In this document: positions 54,901-64,000 of the stretch, piece after piece
Numbering within the stretch: the stretch's first letter is position 1
How the letters are laid out: each line of letters starts with the position of its first letter
Origin: Hydrurus foetidus
Taxonomy: Eukaryota
Direction of reading: 5' to 3'
DNA length: 64,000 bases
Assembly (NCBI GenBank): GCA_900617105.1
Contig: UYFQ01000373.1
Coordinates: forward strand, 124,001 to 188,000
The notes under the pieces: model-generated
The model's input: only the letters and a program-made list of their open reading frames with translations
Told to the model about the DNA's origin: nothing
Databases searched by the model: none
Program-made: the position numbers and the translations under genes

Positions 54901-57900
54901 GTGAACATGAACATGAGTATGAATGTATGTGTGTGTGTGTGTGTGTATGTGCGTGTGGGGGTAAGGGGGGTTACAGTATTACGTGTAGGTGTTTGAAAGG
55001 ACGTGTAAGTACATGTCCGTTTTTGTGCAGTAGTGAATGCACAGACGTCGCAATGTATACAGCATTGTGTGTCCTCGTATGTGTGTGTGCGTGAGAGAGT
55101 TTGCGTGTTTCGTGAAAGACACTGTATGATTGTTCAATATATTCATGCGTATGTACATGAATATTATGGAAGTACGTGCGTATCTCTTATTCATCCTGCT
55201 TCTTTTATAGTCTTCTCGACCCTTCCCCCTCTCCTCCTCTCCTCCCTTCCTTCCTCCCTTCTTCCCCTTCCTCCCACTCACCTGTATTTGACCGTAGCAC
55301 TCCTATTTCAGCGGCTGCTTGTCTCGTCCTCGTTTCTCCCTCTTCCACCATTGCTTCTCCTTCCGCTCCTATCAAGTGCATTCTTTTCCTAAGAGTACAC
55401 AAGTGGTATTATTTTGTATTGATTAGTTTGCTGATAGCTTTTGTCAATCATCAGCATCGATTCAAATTCATTTATATTTTTGTCCATCCATGAATTAATC
55501 AATTATTCAAAAAAGTTGTATCCATAACAAGGCATCTCTCTTTCTATCTATCTATGTACATGTATGTATCTTAAAATCAAACAATCAATCAATCTATCCA
55601 GTTTCATGTACACATTGTTTAATCCAGACATTAAAATCGGATGAACTTACTGTATTGCATCGAGTTTTTCGCGCATTTCGATTTCCTCTCTCTCCAGAAC
55701 TTCTATCACAAGCAGTCTATCCTTCACCTGAATAAAAATGAAAAAAGTGTGTAAGAAATAAAGAGAATGGGAGGGGGAGAAGGAGGTAGAGAAATAGGTA
55801 GAGAAAAGAGAGAGAGGCAAAAGTGTAGCAAGTAAAGAGAGGGGCAGAAGAAATCAAAGAGGTACAAGTAGAAAAGGAGAGGGAGTGGGGAGGGAGGGGA
55901 AAAGGGAAGAAAAGCAAAAGAGAAAGAAAGGGAGGGGAGGTGAGGGGGTGGACATTGAGGAGGAATAGGGAAATGATGAGGAAGAGTAACGAATGTCGAT
56001 GGAGTGAAAGGGAGTGAGAAGCAGGAAATTGGAAGAAGGAGGAATGAGCCTAGGAAAAATAGAATAAAAAAAAGAATAATGGAAAAAAAATTAAAAAAAT
56101 GAAATATCAGTTATGAAATGTATAATCTTAGTCAAAAAATAAATTGAAGCGACGTAAATACATAAAAATTATAAAAATGCATATCAGGTATACGGTGAAG
56201 TATACAGTCAGTCAATAAGTGATCGACCAAATGAACGTTTGTGACAAGTGTATCATTCTACTCTTTTACAGTTTTGGGATTCGGGATATAGGTATTCTAC
56301 GGCTTCATCCGGTTCAATCCGTTATAAAAAGTCTCAGTACCTTATGACGAATAAGAATGTACGTAAAAATAAAGTCTAATATAATAAATGACGCATGTGT
56401 GATAAATCAATCATCATGTTGCACTCTTATCCACCTGTCTGTCACTTTCGTCACTTTGTTCTTTCGCTTGTCTTAATTCTTCTCTCAGAGACTCGCTTTC
56501 TATTTCCAATGACGTCATCGTTCTCAGTGACTGAAATGTTAAATTATCGAAATGTTCAAAATTAAAAATGAAATGTTGATATTTCAATATATTAAAATTT
56601 TGGAATATTAAATGTAACTATGTATACATTTAATTCAATTTAAGTCGTAAAAAAATGAATTATAATGTTTATTTTTTGCTGTAAAGAGTGTAGTTTCAAT
56701 TACGCTGTTGTTGTGATAGAAAGACATGAAGCTTTGCTTTTCGCATGTCATGTAATTCACTTCACATTATAATGTTAATGATGTGTGATTTAATACAATA
56801 CACGTTATGGAATACTTCACATAACATGGCATATCATATTCCTCTTGGCGCAATGTTCTTTCAAATGGAATAATTATTCTGTCTGAGAAGTCTCCGTAAA
56901 TTACTGCATAATCCGGCTAAATTTAACCGATTATTCTACACCGGTATAATTGTGCAGTGAAGTATAGTACTGACCTCTTCTCTTTCTAATCGCCTTGCAG
57001 ACTGTGCCCTCAGTATCTCTACCTCCACTACTTTCTCTACCTCTTTCATTCTCTCTCTTTCTTCACGAGCTGCTGTTGTTTCCTCTGAAATAAAATAAAA
57101 TAAAAATGAAATAAAATAAAATAGGATAAAATAAAATATAGAAATAATTGAGGAAATAAAAATTGTTCATGACTTCATTAACAAATTAATTATTGCTTGT
57201 TTATTTATTTAACTTTTTGTATTATTCAATATCATTATCACTATCTGAAAGTGTCACATTTGTGCAGTTAAAATGTAACGAAAGAGATTACGTAGAGGGA
57301 AATAGAAGAAGAGAAAAAGAATGTAGGACACACTCATAGACAGGCATCAAGTGCTTCTAAAGCTCAAATGATTGTTGAAAAAACGATTTCCGAAACTGCA
57401 GGTGGAAGTTTGTCAGTGTCACGACTACTAATTCTACTTATTGAATTACGATGCGGATGTTATTGTTACGCTGAAGACGATTCATGCCATCACTTGACAT
57501 GATGTAATCAAATAAAGATAAGTGGGGAGAAGTAATGTAAAAAATGATTGTAAAAATATAAGAACAAAAGAAAGTCTATGAAAAAATGTAAATATAAGTG
57601 GATAAACGAATGGAAGATAAAAACACAAATAAGTGCAAAGTAATGTGCGTAATAAGCCGTAATAACGGGGTACTAAAAAATGCAATAACAAAATCCATAC
57701 TAAAATTCTTGTCATCTGTCATTTTCTACCACATACAGTCTACTATTTTTTCATTTCTTACCCCATTGAATTTCAAGTTTTTTCTGCGCTTCAACTTTTT
57801 CTTTTTCTTTCATATTTAGCTGTTCATTAAGATTAAAAAGTTCCCTAGAAAATCGGAATATTCATGGCAAAATTGTTAATACTGACTTTTACATACAATA

Positions 57901-59908
57901 TGTTATGATTAAAAAATAAAAATAAAAATAAAAAAATGAAAAAATTAAAAAAAAATTAAGGAGTAAGTTTTCAAAAAAAAAAAATTGAGATTTTTGAAAT
58001 GAATGATTACTCTAATTGATAATAAGGTGTATTAGAAACGTTTGGAGGAGGTTCTATTCTACACCTAATTTTAATTTTAATTGGCTTTTTCAGAATTATT
58101 TTACAGAATAATGTAAAAGCAAATCAATCAAAAAGTTTTTCTGTGCAACAAAAGATTACATTTTTTGTAACTAAAAATGACGCGGAATTCATACAGCATA
58201 TCATATAACATTTCCTTAAATGTTCACATGATGTTCTCGAAGTCAAAACATAACAGCAGTTTTGGGAATATTCTTGAAGCATGTTTCACGAATTTTGAGT
58301 GATTTCCGATGTTCTCAGCGGTCAATTTCCAGTACGGAAATGTGATAGTCTTGTTTAGATGTGAATTCGACAATACACTTATTCTAATAAAATGAAATAT
58401 TTGCTGGTTGTATTTTTGCAGGTTATTTACTTACTTTTCTTTTTCCACCAGGGATGTTTCGAGGGAGAAGAGAGCTTTTTGCATTTCATATCCAACATCC
58501 TGGATGTAGCAGCAAATAAATAGACATGGCATCATTTTCATATTGTATGATAAATTGTAAATTGATTATTTTTGTGTTTTTAAATGAACGTGCATAATTA
58601 TTTTTTGTATTTTAAGTTGGATGTTTAATAAGATCACCAATGAATAGAGAACTTTTTGATGTAAGTGAACCAATCAAGCGAATCTTTCAAATGAAAAAAT
58701 TCGAAAAAAAGAGAGACATAACGGTCATAGGTCTCTGATAATAATCAGAAAAAAACAGGAAATTATGAAGTTTATTTCTTGCCTTAAATTCATATAAAAT
58801 GAAATTGATGTCTTATGTGTAGATTAGATGCAATTTACCATTTACGTACCTGTAATTTTAATTTGTCCGCTTCTAAATGTTCAGATTCAATTTTCTTTAA
58901 ATCAATTAAAGCTGCACACCTGAAGTAAATGAAATAAAATAAAAAATAAGTTTTAAAAATAGTTTATCAGTAAAAATCGTGTTACGCGATTAAGCTACTA
59001 GAAAAATCATAAAAAATCAAGTGAAAAAAATCTAAGATAATAACAAAAACCAAGAATTATTTCATCTTTAAAATCTTTTTTGGTTTTATTACCTTTCTGT
59101 CTCCAGTTTTTGTTCCTTTATCTTCCAAAATAAAATACTCATCCACTTACATCGCCAAACGCAAAATGTTTTTCTTTTAATGTTTACACTTTTTCTGTTT
59201 TGTAAAATGTTTTCACATTTGCTAATTCTTCTATTTCTTCTCGATATTAACCTCCATCTTGTAAAGAGAAATATCTGTTAAAATGAAAATAAAAAAACAT
59301 AAATTAGTTTTCAATGGTGTACATATCTTGGATAAAAGTACTCAGACTGAAATCAATTTTAATCAACCGTTTCATTTTTACTTTTTACAATACCTTAAAT
59401 CTATAATCCGCTTTATTAAATTTTCTTTCCACATTATCGGCTAGCTGTCTCCTCGAACGTTGCATCGGCACAAAAATACACCAAAATGCAAACATTTTAA
59501 CAAGTAAATTTGTTCTTTGATTTTCACGCCTTTTTCGGTCTTTTCGTATGTGTCTTCTCCATCTACGAAAATTTGGAGAAATCCGTGAATTAAAGTATGA
59601 AGTATTTTGAATATTCTTTCTTAATCTCTTGCGAAGGTGTGGTTTTATACGGATGTAATGCATGTGTTATGATGGTGGTGATTTATTTCATATCGATATA
59701 ACATCGCATGAAGACGAAAACAAAGTCCGCTGAAAGTATGCAAATTAAAAAATGAAAATACTGTACAATAAAGCGAAGTTGTAATAAAATAAAATATAGA
59801 CAAAAATCAGTACGTATCGTTTCTATAAGAGCACTAAGATAATCAATTGAATATAAGCAGAAATTTTTAATGTCCATTCTCAGCGAGAAATCCCAAAAAT
59901 TAAAAAAA

Positions 59909-59952
<44 letters not shown>

Positions 59953-62900
59953 CGAATAGGTAAATGAAACCAATAATCAAATAATCAAATAATAAAATAA
60001 ATAGAGAGCTCTTTTAGAAAGCGATTCAAAATTTTAAAAATCGGTACCTTTTTATTGTCGTTGATAAAGTACGCATGTAGTATGTACGTACAGCAGCACG
60101 TACGCACAATCTTTGTCTTTTGGAAGAAATAGAGCGATAGGCTATGTGGAGAAAAGATGCTCTACATGCCAAACTAAAAAGACGAGTTGAATACCTAAAA
60201 AAAGAAGAAAAAGAAAGAAAGAGGATAAAAACGAGAATGAAGCGGTGTAAATGAAGAGGAATATGGAAGGTACGTAGTGGTATCAAATATACTCTGTAAA
60301 ATCATGATGTTACTTCAGATATCATATCATGTTCGTGGATGAGAAAATATGAGATACGTAAACTGAAATATTGAATTATGAAAAAAAGAAAAAAGGTATG
60401 GAAATACAATAAAAAAACTGAATATCAGGTCAAATAAAATAAAATTTACATTTGTATCATTTGAGATTGAGATGTGATACCATGTCTTAAAAAAGAATGT
60501 GTAACATCGTTTCAAGTATAAGTACCTCGGGGCTCGAATTCTTTTCTTTAATCTAATCCAGTTAATCCACACACCGAGGGCATTATATTTCATCACTCCA
60601 ACCCAGTGCACAATCGCATCACTTTTAATTTTTTCTCCTATTAATCGCAGAGTTAACATCCTTCGTATGTTTGTGTAAAATCTCCCAACTAGATTTCCTC
60701 GTCTTCTCCATATTCTTCGACAAATTAATTTCCAAGCTTGAAAAGGTCGTGGCATAAAAATGTTCGGAACTTGGACCGCAAGTTCCTGGAAATTTGATGT
60801 TAATTTTTTTGTAAGATGATTTTTCATAAGGCATAAAGTATAACAAAGAATGTAGTGTTTATGTAGTTGTTTGCACATCACAAATATACAGGGAGATGAG
60901 TAATCAATATATGTAGCTAATAATATTTTGATAGACAGTTATTAAATGCAAAAAAAGGCATTTTAATGAAATGTTGTACCAAATCAAGGATAATTCTTTA
61001 ATTCCATTTCGTTACTTGTACAAAACATTTTAAGAATTTAATCACAAAATGTAAAATTCAAGATGTAAAATGAAAGGGTTAATTTGGTGTGAATGTCTCA
61101 CATTAGAATTCCTTTTCGAAAGTTTCGCTACTGTAAGCCAAGCTCTCAAAATTTTGCAAAAATGGTGACGCACAGCAAATCTGAAAATGCGAAAAAAATT
61201 AGATGATAGGGGTAGAGATGAAAGAAGATAGAAAAGAAATAAGAAGAGAAAAATGAGAGAGAAAAAATTTAAATACTCATACAAATAGATCACAGGAAAA
61301 AAAAAATCAGCAAACAAATCAAAAATATGTAAAAAAAAGTCTATAAAAATGAAAATAATATCAGAGTGTGGCATACACGTACGTACGTACTACCTTCCCA
61401 ACAATTTTAATTGTTCTGTGTCCCACTCTAAGAATATGCAGTGATTTTTCCAGGCTGAAAAAACTTTTCTGAGGATGGAAAAATATATATAATTGGACAT
61501 AAATATGCACATTTTATACAAAAATAAAGTTGCAATTTCCGATAACGAGAAAATGTCGTCAAATAAAAAGGTGTGATGGATCGAGAAAAACAAACAAAAA
61601 AACGTTAAATTTTGTGTACAAAAATTCCATGCATGAGAATTTCTTCTCACCTCGCACATTGACGGTTTTTGAAAATGATTACAGCTTCATCAGCCTATAC
61701 AAAATAAAAATAAATAAACGAGTAAATAACTAAAAAAATCAGAAGAAAAATTAAAGAAGTAACCGTTGTAAACAGATTCAAAATGAGAATGCGAGCAACG
61801 CTATACTATACCATCCAATACCTCCCTAGAGGAACTGGATGGTAAAAAAGAAAACAAGGTAGTGTGGAATAAAACAAGGTAGTGTTTTGCATCACTGACC
61901 TTCGCATCCCATTGATTAGTTTTCACGAATCTGACCCAAGATCCCATCATTGTTTTTAATAATAGATGCCGCCTACCGCTGTTTCCTCTTTTTTCTTGTG
62001 TGATATTTTCTTGCCACCTTGAGTACGGACAAAAAGAGATGGACAGATATACGACTATCAGTCCTGATCAGTTCGTTGCTCAGTTGATTAGCGATTACGA
62101 AGATCGGATACTTCAGAAGGAAGGGATGTTGAGGGGTGCTGGTCGATACTGCGCTATTCTGTCCGTTCTAGAAATGTGTGCGTACGTACACACACAGATA
62201 GACGAGAAGACAGAAGAATAGACAGTCAGACAGACAGATAGACAGACAGACAGACAAACAAACAATCAAACAGACAAAAGAACACCTGAAATAAATGATT
62301 AGATGCGAGCACAAAAACTTGAACATAAAAAACAAGAAAAAACGATGAACTATTTCGTACTATATTTTACCGTTTTAAAACGCGTGATAGCAATTCTGTT
62401 GACCGTTTCTTGCTATTAGAAAGCATCATTTTTATCCGGTATGAATAAGCCCTCCATAAATGCAATACCTAATTTATTTAACATACATCATATTTGGTAA
62501 TTATCAGATGGAGATAATTTTGAAAATGACTTTTGAAAGTTTCTTAAAAATTTTATGATTCATTCATTCTAAACAAAGTCAAAAGCGAATTTAGCAAATA
62601 AGTACAAAAATTGATGATGCAATACTTAACATAAAATAACATTAGAAAAGTGATATAAGATATTAACATGAAAGATGGTACTTACTTTTTGTTTCAAAAA
62701 AGATTTATTAAGTGCTTGAAATAACTTGGAAATATTTGATACTTTTAATCTTTTTTTAATTATCGAGCTAAATCGGCTGCAAATAAAATATCAAAGAAAA
62801 ATGGGAGGAAAAAGAATAAGGGTGAACAGTGTAAGAAATGTGAAATTAAAATTATGTGGGGATGGAGATAGAATCGTGATACGTACTTCACATATGAGTA

Positions 62901-63428
62901 AATCAACTTACACACTCACTCACTCACTCGCTCGAACATACACCTACACTCTCACACACGGAAAGACTCACATCTACCCTCTCCCGCACACTCTCACGTA
63001 CATTCACTCTCATACACTTATTCTATCAATCGCGCATATAACCGTAACGTACAAACCTGTACGCTCCTCTTAGAGTCGTTTTGCTGTGACTAAAGTGGAC
63101 CTGAGTAAGTCAATGTATATGATAAGAATTATCATTTGGAACGATAACGACAGTAATTTAAAAAAGAAGAATACCCTATTTAACGGACGAATTCTCATTT
63201 GAAAATACGATACATTGACAACATAATTACGAAAATAATCTGATCCAGCATCAAAATAAATGTTGTAGCATCGAAACACACCTCAGCCGTTTCGTACGCA
63301 CTGTCTTCCATTCTTCTTGTGCGTTGAAGGTCCAAGTTACGGTGTGCATCACGCATTCGACTGACCTGCACGTACATACGTACACGTGTGGGAGTGAGTG
63401 TGTAAGTGTATGTATGTGCGTATGTCTG

Positions 63429-63459
<31 letters not shown>

Positions 63460-64000
63460 GAATGCATGTATGTATGTATGCATGTATGTATGTATGTATG
63501 TATGTATGCATGTATGTATGTATGCATGTATGTATGTATGTATGTATGTATGTAGGTGTGTGTGTGCAGTGGAGATGTTGTGTTGGTATATGACAGCATA
63601 TATTAGATGGTGGACTAGATTATTTTATTTGTTTAGGATAGGCAAAATTAGTAATCACAGTGATTAAGAGTAGAAAAAGGTAACTTAATGAGTGAATGAT
63701 TGATTGACTGACTGACTGAGTGATTTTGCGTACGAGCGAGTGAGTGAGTGAATAAGTTATCTGTTGTTGAGAGAATGAGTGACTTCAGTGGAGTAATGTT
63801 TAGGAAGAACTCAAGAGCGGAGAAGGCCTTCCAATTCTGACTTTTATCATTAATGAATAGCATGACATCTGCTTCCATTTAGTCAGCTATTCGATTCGGT
63901 ACCATCACCGTAAGATATCGAGACAAATAAAAGCAATTGATGTTATTTTCATACCTGACTACTGAGTGATAGCTCTAAATCGATGTTCTCTTTCCTTGCA
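51987..64000 (-). CDS. Multi-exon protein with Sfi1-like Trp repeats, coiled coil and a long low-complexity C-terminus (5' end outside window)
   Basis: Spliced exons give repeated helical units ending in W: KVLHLWRAY, VLKRWQEN, LLLKTMMGSWVRF, RKVFSAWKNH, KILRAWLTV, PFQAWKLI, NALGVWINW, NFRRWRRH, KMFAFWCIF. These are followed by heptad-rich exons and an 817+ aa terminal ORF. Confidence 0.6.
63408..63553. repeat. (TATG)n intronic microsatellite
   Basis: Directly visible tetranucleotide array. Confidence 0.95.

Noticed and set aside
58185..58370. Weak inverted similarity GAATTCA..ACATTTCC / GGAAATGT..TGAATTC
   Set aside because: Too degenerate and no TSD; cannot be supported as a MITE.

Overview
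Eukaryotic nuclear DNA: AT-rich, intron-dense (every junction I traced was GT-AG) and microsatellite-rich. It is most likely a photosynthetic stramenopile (ochrophyte), inferred from two bipartite plastid-targeting presequences with Phe at +1. Seven spliced genes can be reconstructed by eye: the 3' part of FANCD2, a giant TRAF-type zinc-finger/ankyrin protein with poly-Asn inserts, an LRR receptor-like membrane protein, a plastid ferredoxin-MBL hydrolase head-to-head with a plastid phosphate translocator, a vWA-like protein with a Cys-Cys-rich tail, and a Sfi1-like Trp-repeat/coiled-coil protein truncated by the window end. Non-genic highlights are MITE/foldback elements with four TSD types (TA, TAA, 4 bp, 8 bp), a 120-bp cox1 NUMT, a 1.4-kb tandem duplication of a frame-shifting FANCD2 exon, strong over-representation of the palindrome GTACGTAC (including inside CDS), and a ~1-kb hairpin-rich intergenic island that may be ncRNA. 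No clearly novel multi-gene system could be established from sequence alone. All family assignments are from recall, not database searches.
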